Shown here piece by piece: positions 9,894 through 18,815 of a stretch of DNA of 64,000 nt (its first letter is position 1; every line of letters starts with the position of its first letter). A program made the translations under genes and the position numbers. Source of the DNA: Ignavibacteriota bacterium. GTDB lineage: Bacteria > Bacteroidota > Ignavibacteria > UBA10030 > UBA6906. The notes under the pieces are model-generated. The model was not told the DNA's origin. It was given only the letters and a program-made list of their open reading frames with translations, and ran no database searches. The DNA lies in the NCBI GenBank assembly GCA_963801355.1, contig CAWDEM010000008.1:163458-227457 (forward strand), written 5' to 3'.

Positions 9894-11458
9894 TGCAGCA
9901 CCATGATTTTGCCCCACACCGGTTCCTGCCCGTCGAGTGTCACGCGGTAGAAATAGACGCCATTGGTTAACACCTGCCCGGCGTCGTCGGCGCCGTTCCA
10001 GATTTCATCCTGCTCGCCCCCGCCGGTCCGCTGCGCGTCTTTGACCAGGGTGCGGATCCGGTTCATCCCGAAATCGAAAACTTCGACCGTCACCGATGCT
10101 CCGCCGGAGGGGACCGCATAGTGGATCCGGATCGCTTCTGATTTCGGTGAGAACGGGTTCGGGTAGGCGTACGTTGCCGGGGATGCGGGGAGAGGAGCGA
10201 AAGAGCGGAGGATTTCCCACTCTTCGCCGAACGGATGGACGGGGGAGTCTTCTGTCTTCAACAGGCCTTCTGAGCTTCCGCAGTAGACTGTGCTGCCCTC
10301 GACGCCGACCGCAAAGAACTTGTTTTCGGTGATCCTCCCGCGGGTGATCTGATCGATGATCGTGCCGGTGCGGGTCCACGAAGTCCCGCCATCGGACGTC
10401 CGAAAGACGCCGGCTTCCGTCGCCACGTAGGTGATGGTGTCCCTGAAGGCGAAGCCGTAGGCTTTGTATCCGGCGAGATGGTTTCTCCAGGTCCGCCCGC
10501 CGTTGTCGGTGTATGACACGCCGTACTTCTGATCCGCGCCTTCCGCCGGCCAGTTGGTAGTCCAGATCCGCGTGCCCCAGGGAAACCGCTGCCCGTCGAT
10601 GGCGATCACCCAGTCGCTGAGAATGCCTTCGCTCTGAAGATCCTTCCTGAACTTCGTCCAACTGATTCCGCCGTCGGTCGACCGGTTGATGCCTCCCGCT
10701 GTTCCCACCCAGATGGTATCGTCGTCCTGGGCATAGACCGAGAATGCGAGATAGTTGTTGTCCTGCCGCGGGTCGATCTTGTAGCCCACCAGCGTATCGG
10801 TGGGTGCGATGGAGGGCATCAGTTTCGATGGCAGGACGATGCGCTGCCATGTTGCTCCGCGATCGGTGGATTTGCGTACCCCGCTTGACCAGCTCGCAAT
10901 CCAGACGGTGCCCGCACTCAGGGCGATGTCAAACGTCACGTTTTGTTCGGGGACGACGATCGGGAGAAATCTGACGGTATTGATTCCGTACGTCACGACG
11001 CTGTCACCCCGGGGGTCAAGAGTCTGGGCGAGTGCGGACCACGCGGTCCCGTTGTCAAGCGAATAGGTGTACCCACTGCCGGTCTGCACGGATTGTCCAT
11101 CCACATCTTTGGAGAAGCCCGTCGAAACCCAGACGGAATCACCGCGCACGGCCACTGCAAAGATGCCTTTGCTTGCGAACTGGGGAACGTGTACGAACCG
11201 CTCCCATGTCCGTCCGCCGTCAGAGCTGCGGGCGAGACCTTTGCTCGTTCCTATCCATACGGTGGTACCGCGTACAGAGATGTGGGAGACGGAATTGCTG
11301 GGGATTATTCCCGAGATCTCGCCGCGCGCGCCGTCAAGAGTATAAGACTTCAAGAAACGGGATTGAGCGCGGGCGGCTGAAGGAGAGCCGTCTGTGCCGG
11401 CTCCCAGAACGGCCGCGACGAGGGTCAGGATGATCGCTAATCGTGTCATGGCCGTCAA
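9890..11458 (-). CDS. Asp-box (BNR/Ycf48-like) beta-propeller protein with T9SS C-terminal domain
   Basis: Repeated SxDxGxTW Asp-boxes: SSDGGRTWERF, STDRGATWQR, STDGGISWTK, TDNGGRTWRN, TSDGGTSWTR. C-terminal sorting domain YAYPNPFSP...GVYFYRV...KIMVLQ. The start is TTG at 11458 or ATG at 11449. Confidence 0.75.
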   Translation of the reverse strand: MTAMTRLAIILTLVAAVLGAGTDGSPSAARAQSRFLKSYTLDGARGEISGIIPSNSVSHISVRGTTVWIGTSKGLARSSDGGRTWERFVHVPQFASKGIFAVAVRGDSVWVSTGFSKDVDGQSVQTGSGYTYSLDNGTAWSALAQTLDPRGDSVVTYGINTVRFLPIVVPEQNVTFDIALSAGTVWIASWSSGVRKSTDRGATWQRIVLPSKLMPSIAPTDTLVGYKIDPRQDNNYLAFSVYAQDDDTIWVGTAGGINRSTDGGISWTKFRKDLQSEGILSDWVIAIDGQRFPWGTRIWTTNWPAEGADQKYGVSYTDNGGRTWRNHLAGYKAYGFAFRDTITYVATEAGVFRTSDGGTSWTRTGTIIDQITRGRITENKFFAVGVEGSTVYCGSSEGLLKTEDSPVHPFGEEWEILRSFAPLPASPATYAYPNPFSPKSEAIRIHYAVPSGGASVTVEVFDFGMNRIRTLVKDAQRTGGGEQDEIWNGADDAGQVLTNGVYFYRVTLDGQEPVWGKIMVLQ

Positions 11459-12594
11459 TTGATAGTGATGTTCTTTGTGGAGTCGGCGCGCGCGGCAAAA
11501 CGGTCCGTGACCGAGAACATGAATGCCTTCACTCCCGGGGAGTTCGAGGAACTGATTTCCAGGATTGAGGCGTACGAGCCGTCATGTGCGGTGGAGTCGC
11601 CATGGGTCTGCAGGTTTCCATCGTCATAGAGTGGAAAGGGAACCGGACTCGCGGCGCTCATGTTGCGGAAATAGACAGAATCGATATCCGTGAGGCCGTC
11701 ATCATCGGCCACCGTGACCCTGAAAATGACCGTGCTGGTGCCGCTGGCGGGCCGCTGAATGGTGGATGGCACAGAGAGGGCGACAAACCGCGGAACCGCG
11801 TTGGCCACGGGCCGGCGGGCAACGTTGCTCGCATGGCCTGCCCTGTCCGCGGCGCTGAATTCAAAAATGACATCGTGGATATCACCGAGCGGCGCTACCC
11901 ACAAAGGCAGCGAAAATATCCCGTCGCCCGCAACTGCGTCGGCGTGTAGTTTCACGCCGTCGTCATACATTGCGTGCAGGGTGTTGTCTTTCGCCCCAAT
12001 GGCACGCACGGTCACCTGTGATATATCCCCAAGGCCATTTGCGTCAGTTGCAGTGATGCTGAGTGCGTATCTGGTGGAATCGGCACCGGACGTGACAAGG
12101 AGACGGGCACCAGGCGAACTCAGGGCGGGAGTGCTCTTTCCCCTGAAGACCGGGATCTGCTGCACAAATGTCGCGCTCGCGTGGCCCGCCTGATCGACCG
12201 CCGAGATCTCCAGACGGTAGACTCCGGTTGCACCTGCATCGACGGTGAACGAAAGCGGGCTGTTGCCAGTGACGGGTTCTGACTGGGTGGATGGCATGAC
12301 GATGGTGCATTTCCCGGATGCCAGCCGCGAATCGCCGGACGGAGCGAACAGGACATACGTGATGGAAGTGACGTCAGAGGCCCCCTGAGGATCTCTGACA
12401 GTTGCGGCGAGCGCTGCATAGAGCGGATACGAAGTCCCCTGGGTCATTGCGTCGAGGTCGAAAGCCGCCGGGGTGACGGTCGCCGACTGCAGATACGGCG
12501 CGGAGCCTTGAGTGTCTACCGGGTCGAGGGGATTATTCTCGCACGAGACAAACGGAAGCAAGAAAAGAATAATCGCGAGGGAGGATATGCGCAT
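11455..12594 (-). CDS. Lipoprotein with repeated Ig-like modules, unknown function
   Basis: Lipobox LLPFVSC after MRISSLAIILF (ATG at 12594). Repeated motif xYDDGxxxHxDxxAxDGxxS (MYDDGVKLHADAVAGDGIFS / LYDDGNLQTHGDSTAHDGSYAS). The stop codon overlaps the next gene start. Confidence 0.5.
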   Translation of the reverse strand: MRISSLAIILFLLPFVSCENNPLDPVDTQGSAPYLQSATVTPAAFDLDAMTQGTSYPLYAALAATVRDPQGASDVTSITYVLFAPSGDSRLASGKCTIVMPSTQSEPVTGNSPLSFTVDAGATGVYRLEISAVDQAGHASATFVQQIPVFRGKSTPALSSPGARLLVTSGADSTRYALSITATDANGLGDISQVTVRAIGAKDNTLHAMYDDGVKLHADAVAGDGIFSLPLWVAPLGDIHDVIFEFSAADRAGHASNVARRPVANAVPRFVALSVPSTIQRPASGTSTVIFRVTVADDDGLTDIDSVYFRNMSAASPVPFPLYDDGNLQTHGDSTAHDGSYASILEISSSNSPGVKAFMFSVTDRFAARADSTKNITIN

Positions 12595-12830
12595 AGGACG
12601 TTCGGTTCCGGAATCCGACATACACAGCTGCTCTTCAGTACCAACGTCCAGTATGCGTGCGATCCCGTGCGAGTTGAACAATGGTGGAGTAGTTGCACCA
12701 AAAGTACGCAAAACTGGCAGGAAAGTCAATATGAATTCCGGCGGCAGCGGGATGCGGCACCGAAATGCCAGGCGGCACCGGGATGCCCCTTGCATTCACG
12801 GTCATTCATTCGTTTCTTTAAGGAACGACC

Positions 12831-15800
12831 ATGTATCACAACCGCCACCTTAAGTTGCGCCCATATCTTCTTCTCGCAGTCGCCCTGGTCGTGAACGGTT
12901 TAGGGCCGCACCCGCTGGGAGCGGCATTACGCGCAGGACACCCCGCTGCCTGTGAATCGCAGCAAACGGCAGCGGGAGATGTCATTCCGGGCACGGTGAT
13001 CGTCAAGTTCAGATCTGACCCGACGCAAACCTCCGGGATCCCCGGCAAGGCCGGCACGACGCTCTTCCTTTCGTGGACCCGACTGGGAGCGACGTCGATG
13101 CGCAGGATGTTCCCGCCGACCCCCTCTCTCGGGAAGGTACCGCCATCCACCGACAGCGTCGGGCTCTCCCGGGTGTATACACTCACGCTACGCGACGGTC
13201 TCGATCCTGTCGCAGTTGCCAGGCACATTGCGGAAGATCCCGGTGTGGAGTACGCCGAACCGAAGTACTACCAGCGCCTGTGCACCGAACCGAACGATCC
13301 CTTGCTGGTCAATCAGGCAGCCGCGCTCACACGCATGAACGCATACGCCGGCTGGAGCCTTGCCAGAGGGAGCGCTGCGGTGATCATTGCGGATGTGGAC
13401 GGCGGGACTGATTGGCAGCACGAAGACCTGCTGGCGAACGTCCACGTCAAACAGGGTGAAGACCTGAACCAAAACGGCGTGTTCGATCCCGGCGACCTGA
13501 ACGGCATTGATGATGACGGCAACGGGTACGTTGACGATATTGTCGGCTGGAATTTCACAACCAATACCTACAATCCGGCCGGCGTGAGCACTGCGCCTGG
13601 AAGTTATGCGCATGGCACGGCAACCGCAAGCCATTTCGGGGCCGTCACCAACAACGGCAAGGGGATGGCGGGCTCAAGCTGGAACTGCGCATTGATGCCC
13701 GTCTGTGCCGCGGCCACTTCCGGGGACAATCTCATTTCCTTTGGCTACGAGGGGATAGTCTACGCATACCAGAACGGTGCCTCGGTCATCAATTGCAGCT
13801 GGGGCCGGGCAGGCGGTTATTCGCAATTCGAACAGGATGTGATCACGGCCGCCACGGCCGCGGGTGCGCTCGTCGTCGCTGCGGCAGGGAATGAGAGCAG
13901 CAATAACGACCTTGCTGCGCATTACCCATCGAACTATACGGGGGTACTCGGTGTCGGAGCCACGTACGCCACGGACGATGTAGTTGCACCGTTCTCCAAC
14001 TATGGCAAGCGGGTTCAGGTTTTCGCCTCCGGCGTGAACATCTTCAGCGCGATTGCCGGCGGGGGATACGGAAACGGGGGAAGCGGCACGTCGTATTCAA
14101 GTCCGTATGTCGCAGGACTCGCGGGAATCCTGCGTGGGGCCTTCCCGGCATGGACGCCGGTGCAGATTGCCGCACAGATCCGAACAACCGCAGACCCGAT
14201 CGAGAGCGTGAACCCCGGCTATGGCGGCTCCCTGGGCCGCGGAAGAGTGAATTTCGAGCGCGCATTGACGGAATCGCATGCTGCCCTGAACCTTACATCA
14301 GGTGAACTCCGGACCGCCGACGGTCAGAAGCTCTTTCTTACGGGAGACACGCTTGTGCTTTCATTGCGGGTGAAGAACGTGCTCTTTGTGCCTGCAACCG
14401 ATTGCCGGATTGCGGCCACCACGTCTGACCCGTCGCTGGAGGTCATCAGCGGTGTTGCCGCTGTGAGCGGAATTGCACCGGGCGAAGAAACAGACGTGCT
14501 GGTGATGACGTTTCGGGTCGGCGCTCTTGACCGCGTGCGTGAGGTTGCTCTGCGGGTGGTCTGGACCTATAACGGAACGGAACAAGACGGTGCGGTATTC
14601 CGCGCTGTGCTGTTTCCGGAGGTTCCGCTCTGGCTCCTCCAGCGCGACGGATCCAGTGCGAGCCTGTACAGCGTGCGCGCGGCGAGCAAAGATGTCGTCT
14701 GGGCTTCCGGAGGCAATGGATCCGCTTCCGGACCTCTGGTCCTTCGATCCACTGACGGTGGAGGAAGTTGGGAGGATGCCACGGGGTCGCTGCAGGACGT
14801 GGACCTCTACTGTATTGATGCCCTCGATGACCGGCGCGCATGGGTCGGCACTTCCGACGGCCGTATCTTTGCCACGGCCGACGGGGGATCGACCTGGACG
14901 GTACAGTCGTATCCGGGGCGCCAGAGTCCGTTTATTGACGCAGTGAGAATCTTCCCCGACGGCACGGGTTATGCACTCGGTGATCCGCCGTTCGACGGGA
15001 AGTTCGTTGTACTCAAGACGCAGGATTTCGGCGGCACGTGGGTTCACCTGGCAAACGAACCCGGACTCAACACATCCGAGGCCGGCTGGAACAATTCGTT
15101 CTGGTGGTCGGATGCGCAGAACGGATGGTTCGGGACGAACATGAACCGTGTCTGGCATACCTCTGACGCAGGAGCCACGTGGTCCTCCGCTGCAACAGGT
15201 TCAAGCAACAGCTTTGGTGTCGCCTTCAACAGCGCTACCACAGGTTACGCGGTTCACGATAACGGCTATGTGGCACGGTCGACCAACGGGGGACAGTCGT
15301 GGAGCCCCGTGCCGCTCTCCACTACCGAACAGGTGGCTGCGGTTGCCTGTGTACCGGCGACAGGTGTGGCGTGGGTGGCCACCGGCACGAAGCCGTTCAG
15401 CACACGGGACGACGGAGTCACCTGGACTGCCGAGACGTTGTACCCGTTCTCGGGTTCGATCACGCATGTGAGTTTCGCCGACACCACGATCGGATGGGCT
15501 GTAACTTCGAATGGGGAGATTCTCTGCTACGACCCATCCGCGGTGACCGCTGTTGCGGAGTCGCCTGTGCCGGAAGTGCCACTGGAGTATGCGCTGGAGC
15601 AGAACTATCCTAATCCGTTTAATCCGAGCACAATCATACAATTTTCGATTGTGGACCCACAATTCACTACTCTTCGCGTGTACGACGTGCTCGGACGAGA
15701 GGTTGCCGTCCTTGTACACGAGTGGAAGGCGCCCGGCAGGTACCAGGTGGTATTCGACGGCAGCGGGTTGGCGAGCGGGATGTATTTCTGCCGGCTCCAG

Positions 15801-15866
15801 ATCCGGGATGAACACGGTGCGGGCAGGCGGATTGTTGCCACAAAGAAGATGTTGTTGACCAGATAG
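12831..15866 (+). CDS. S8 subtilisin-family serine peptidase fused to an Asp-box propeller and T9SS C-terminal domain
   Basis: Catalytic triad contexts IADVDGG (Asp), HGTATASH (His) and GTSYSSPYVAG (Ser). Six Asp-boxes: STDGGGSWED, TADGGSTWTV, TQDFGGTWVH, TSDAGATWSS, STNGGQSWSP, TRDDGVTWTA. Sorting domain LEQNYPNPFNPSTII...GMYFCRL. Confidence 0.85.
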   Translation: MYHNRHLKLRPYLLLAVALVVNGLGPHPLGAALRAGHPAACESQQTAAGDVIPGTVIVKFRSDPTQTSGIPGKAGTTLFLSWTRLGATSMRRMFPPTPSLGKVPPSTDSVGLSRVYTLTLRDGLDPVAVARHIAEDPGVEYAEPKYYQRLCTEPNDPLLVNQAAALTRMNAYAGWSLARGSAAVIIADVDGGTDWQHEDLLANVHVKQGEDLNQNGVFDPGDLNGIDDDGNGYVDDIVGWNFTTNTYNPAGVSTAPGSYAHGTATASHFGAVTNNGKGMAGSSWNCALMPVCAAATSGDNLISFGYEGIVYAYQNGASVINCSWGRAGGYSQFEQDVITAATAAGALVVAAAGNESSNNDLAAHYPSNYTGVLGVGATYATDDVVAPFSNYGKRVQVFASGVNIFSAIAGGGYGNGGSGTSYSSPYVAGLAGILRGAFPAWTPVQIAAQIRTTADPIESVNPGYGGSLGRGRVNFERALTESHAALNLTSGELRTADGQKLFLTGDTLVLSLRVKNVLFVPATDCRIAATTSDPSLEVISGVAAVSGIAPGEETDVLVMTFRVGALDRVREVALRVVWTYNGTEQDGAVFRAVLFPEVPLWLLQRDGSSASLYSVRAASKDVVWASGGNGSASGPLVLRSTDGGGSWEDATGSLQDVDLYCIDALDDRRAWVGTSDGRIFATADGGSTWTVQSYPGRQSPFIDAVRIFPDGTGYALGDPPFDGKFVVLKTQDFGGTWVHLANEPGLNTSEAGWNNSFWWSDAQNGWFGTNMNRVWHTSDAGATWSSAATGSSNSFGVAFNSATTGYAVHDNGYVARSTNGGQSWSPVPLSTTEQVAAVACVPATGVAWVATGTKPFSTRDDGVTWTAETLYPFSGSITHVSFADTTIGWAVTSNGEILCYDPSAVTAVAESPVPEVPLEYALEQNYPNPFNPSTIIQFSIVDPQFTTLRVYDVLGREVAVLVHEWKAPGRYQVVFDGSGLASGMYFCRLQIRDEHGAGRRIVATKKMLLTR

Positions 15867-15872
15867 GGGACG

Positions 15873-16556
15873 ATGAAGGCATTGTCGAAGTCATTGCTTG
15901 TCGCGCTGCTGATTGCGGCGGCCCGTGCGAATGCGCAGTTCGAGGGAATTGTCGAGAGCCGCAATTACACGCTCGATGAGCGCGGCGCCGGCCAGTATTT
16001 CAACATGACCATCTGGGTGCGCCGCGACATGGCCAAGATCCGCATTCCATCGATGGGGGAAATTCCCGGATCGACCGTCATCTACCGGCACGATCGCAAG
16101 ATCTCGTATGTGTTCAACGATGAGGACAAGACATACTTTGAGGTCTCGCTCGCGAATCAAGAGACGGAGCAACCACAGCGCGACCAGGATCCTGACAAGC
16201 CGAAAGTGGTGCGCACCAAGCGCGTGCGTAAGATTCTGGGCTTCCCGTGCGAGCAGCTGAAGTTGAAAAGAGGAGAATCGGAGACAGAAATCTGGGGGAC
16301 GAAGAGCCTTGGCGATCTTGCCGCCCGCCTGGACTCGCTCCTGGGAGATTCAGAGACACGATCCCAGGGAACCGACATGGAGTTGCTCCGACAACTCAAG
16401 CTGTTTCCTCTGGTATCAGTGACCCGGTTCGAAGGGAAAATCGTTGATTCGCAGGAAGTAACAAAAATCATTCGCCGTGGGCTCACTGAAGATCTCTTCA
16501 CCGTCCCCATCGGTTACAGGAAACAACCGGCAATGGAGTCGATGGACGACCACTAG
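15873..16556 (+). CDS. Secreted hypothetical protein (DUF4412/LolA-like by impression)
   Basis: Signal peptide MKALSKSLLVALLIAAARANA. Lies 6 nt downstream of the S8 peptidase gene. No catalytic motifs seen. Confidence 0.4.
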   Translation: MKALSKSLLVALLIAAARANAQFEGIVESRNYTLDERGAGQYFNMTIWVRRDMAKIRIPSMGEIPGSTVIYRHDRKISYVFNDEDKTYFEVSLANQETEQPQRDQDPDKPKVVRTKRVRKILGFPCEQLKLKRGESETEIWGTKSLGDLAARLDSLLGDSETRSQGTDMELLRQLKLFPLVSVTRFEGKIVDSQEVTKIIRRGLTEDLFTVPIGYRKQPAMESMDDH

Positions 16557-16586
16557 GGCTCGTGACGACCCCGCGCAGGAACGCCG

Positions 16587-17417
16587 CTAACGCACCAATC
16601 CAAGCTGCTTTTCCGCTTCAACCCCCGCCTCTTCGACGCTCAGGTGTGTGCGGTCAAGCCTCCCGTACATCTGTACAGGCACCATGCCCCGCGGATTGTG
16701 ACGGTATTCGTCAATGCCACGGCACAGATACGTTTTGAAGTGCGGATTGATTGCAAGGTCGCACTTCACGTTGGTCTTTGAGTAGCGGATCGTGAGCCCG
16801 GCCCTTCTCATCGGAGAAGGATTGCCGGGGGAACCGTGGACGAGTTTGTCATCGTGAATAGATACCTGGCCCGCCCGCAGCGTGGCCTGGAGGGCGCCTG
16901 CTTCGCTGAACTGTCCAGGTTCGCATTCCAACTGCAGTACAGAACTGGTTCTGTCAGGCCGTACATGCTTCAGGAGTCCTCCCCTGTGTGACCCGGGGAT
17001 TACGGTCATCGCCCCGTTCTCCGTTGTGCTGTCATCGAAGGCAAGCCAGACGGTCAGGGATTCGTGGGGATGGAGAGGCCAGTAATACGCATCCTGGTGC
17101 CAGCCGACGGTGGAGAGACTGTGCGGTTCCTTGATGAAAAAGTTCGAACCCCAGAGGAAGAAATTGGGGCCGAGGAGATCCTCGACGTAGTCCAAAATGA
17201 CACCGTTCATGCAAATGTCATAGAGAAAGAGACTGGTTTCATGCCACTCGCGGATTTCCTTGGACGTCTCGCCCGGCCTGAGGAGGGCCAGCAGGTTATC
17301 GAGTCCACTATTGAGTCCATCCATCTCACTGCTAGAAAATACGGGCGGGAGCGTATGCACATAGCCGTCCCCCGCAAAGGTCTTCTTTTGCTCCGGTGAA
17401 AGACGTTTGAGTGCCAT
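16587..17417 (-). CDS. Phytanoyl-CoA dioxygenase (PhyH) family Fe(II)/2-oxoglutarate oxygenase
   Basis: WHQDAYYWPL supplies the H-x-D iron ligands. A distal HGSPGN provides the third His, and RRAGLTIRY the 2OG-binding Arg. AGGAGG RBS lies 10 nt upstream of ATG 17417. Confidence 0.7.
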   Translation of the reverse strand: MALKRLSPEQKKTFAGDGYVHTLPPVFSSSEMDGLNSGLDNLLALLRPGETSKEIREWHETSLFLYDICMNGVILDYVEDLLGPNFFLWGSNFFIKEPHSLSTVGWHQDAYYWPLHPHESLTVWLAFDDSTTENGAMTVIPGSHRGGLLKHVRPDRTSSVLQLECEPGQFSEAGALQATLRAGQVSIHDDKLVHGSPGNPSPMRRAGLTIRYSKTNVKCDLAINPHFKTYLCRGIDEYRHNPRGMVPVQMYGRLDRTHLSVEEAGVEAEKQLGLVR

Positions 17418-17589
17418 CGTCTGAAATCCTCCTGAGTATATAATGTATAACACGGCGAGACTCGACGAAGTTTCGCTCCTCCCGTAACCAAGTGGCCCGG
17501 AACTCATTCAGTCCTTTCTGCGTTCACAAGGATGGAGCTGCATGCATTGACCTGCAGCCTATTCAGGAACTCGCTCAAAGGAGCCGTGT

Positions 17590-18255
17590 ATGGAGCAACG
17601 AGCACAATTTGCCGGGCGGTTATTCCGGGTTGCCATGGCCGGACTGTTGTTTGCGCTGTCCTCGTCGACAGCGTCCAGTGCAGCAGCGGTTTACGTTGTA
17701 ACCTTCGGTGGAAGCGTCGGGTTGGCGTATTCGCCGAGCGCTATCTCAGTTTCGGTGGGGGATACCATACGATGGCAGGGGAATTTCGAGTTCCATCCTC
17801 TGAGTTCGACGACCATTCCTGCCGGCGCTGCAACCTTCGCGGTATCGGCGGGGTCATCATTCGACTACGTTGTCCTGGTTCCCGGGGCGTATGGCTACAC
17901 GTGCCAAATTCATGGACCCGCGATGAGCGGCTCGTTCAACGCAACCGTAGCTGACGTAAGCGATGGGCCGGGGCAGCGGGAGCCGGCGGCGTACGAACTC
18001 CGGCAAAACTTCCCGAATCCGTTTAACCCGAGTACGACTATCGGGTTCACCGTGGGGGGGCAGGGATTCGGCATGGTGAATCTCACCGTGTATAATCTGA
18101 TTGGTCAAGCAGTGGCGACAGTCGTGAACGGGATGCTGCCTGCGGGCCCTCACATCGTGACATTCGACGCCACCAATCTTCCGAGCGGCGTTTACGTATA
18201 CAGGCTGGAGGCTGACGGCTTCAGGATGTCCAGGGCGATGGTGCTGATGCGATAA
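17590..18255 (+). CDS. Cupredoxin (plastocyanin/azurin-like type-1 copper protein) with T9SS C-terminal domain
   Basis: Signal peptide followed by a cupredoxin fold pattern. Candidate copper ligands are His in FEFHPL and C-x2-H-x3-M in YTCQIHGPAM. Sorting domain LRQNFPNPFNPSTTI...GVYVYRL. Confidence 0.7.
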   Translation: MEQRAQFAGRLFRVAMAGLLFALSSSTASSAAAVYVVTFGGSVGLAYSPSAISVSVGDTIRWQGNFEFHPLSSTTIPAGAATFAVSAGSSFDYVVLVPGAYGYTCQIHGPAMSGSFNATVADVSDGPGQREPAAYELRQNFPNPFNPSTTIGFTVGGQGFGMVNLTVYNLIGQAVATVVNGMLPAGPHIVTFDATNLPSGVYVYRLEADGFRMSRAMVLMR

Positions 18256-18280
18256 CGTTCCCCCCCCGGCACAAACAGGA

Positions 18281-18311
18281 AGGCCCCCGGGTTACAGGGG
18301 CCTTTTTTTTT
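18281..18311 (+). terminator. Rho-independent terminator
   Basis: 7-bp GC stem AGGCCCC/GGGGCCT (18281-18287 and 18297-18303) with a 9-nt loop and a run of nine T. Lies between convergent genes. Confidence 0.8.
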
Positions 18312-18329
18312 GTGTGAGGGTCCGGTTGA

Positions 18330-18737
18330 TTAGTGAACCAGCACCACGCTATCCGCTTTGTCGTTGAAGACGTAGATGTCCATCGTTACAAAGTTGGACG
18401 CATCGGAATGCTCGGTCCCGACGCCGCGGATCACGACACCGGTTGCCGATCCGGCAGTTTGAATCGTATAGCTCCCGTTTGCATTGACGGCACGGTTGGT
18501 CAGTTTTGCCAGGCCGGTTGTACCGGTCAGACCGACAAATGAGTTCCCGCCACCGCCGAGGGCAGTCGGACGGCGATAGAACTGCTGGGCACGCGCAGCC
18601 AGGTTGACGAGGTCATTGGTGACCGCATCGCGGTTGGCATTCACTGCGTTGTCCGTGAACATCGTGATTCCGACCGCCACTGCGATACCGACAACGATAA
18701 CGCCGAGGATGATCAGAAGAAGTTGCTGCTGTCCCAT
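18330..18737 (-). CDS. Small membrane-anchored pilin-like protein (non-canonical)
   Basis: MGQQQLLLIILGVIVVGIAVAVGITMF is a hydrophobic N-terminal helix. It continues into an amphipathic segment (AVNANRDAVTNDLVNLAARAQQFY) and then a beta-rich domain, as in type IV pilin architecture. The G/FTLIE prepilin motif is absent. AAGGAG RBS is present. Confidence 0.45.
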   Translation of the reverse strand: MGQQQLLLIILGVIVVGIAVAVGITMFTDNAVNANRDAVTNDLVNLAARAQQFYRRPTALGGGGNSFVGLTGTTGLAKLTNRAVNANGSYTIQTAGSATGVVIRGVGTEHSDASNFVTMDIYVFNDKADSVVLVH

Positions 18738-18815
18738 GGTGTAGCTCCTTTAGTATTGTGGTGGATGTGAGTGAATGTCTGTCGTTTTGTTCTCTTACAT
18801 TCGTGACGACATAAG

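Noticed and set aside
12756-12800. Sigma54 promoter upstream of the S8 peptidase (GGCAC...TGC elements)
   Set aside because: The GG-to-GC spacing is one nucleotide short of the -24/-12 geometry in both copies. The downstream TTGCA lies 11 nt away rather than 5. These elements are better explained as inverted-repeat operator sites.
15595-15635. Recurrent ~30-nt DNA motif (cagaactatcc.aatcc.tt.aa.ccgag.ac) also seen near 17995, 27905, 43025 and, on the other strand, 51300, considered as a possible REP/MITE-like repeat
   Set aside because: It is always in frame at the start of T9SS C-terminal sorting domains (QNYPNPFNPST). It reflects protein-level conservation, not a mobile or intergenic repeat.
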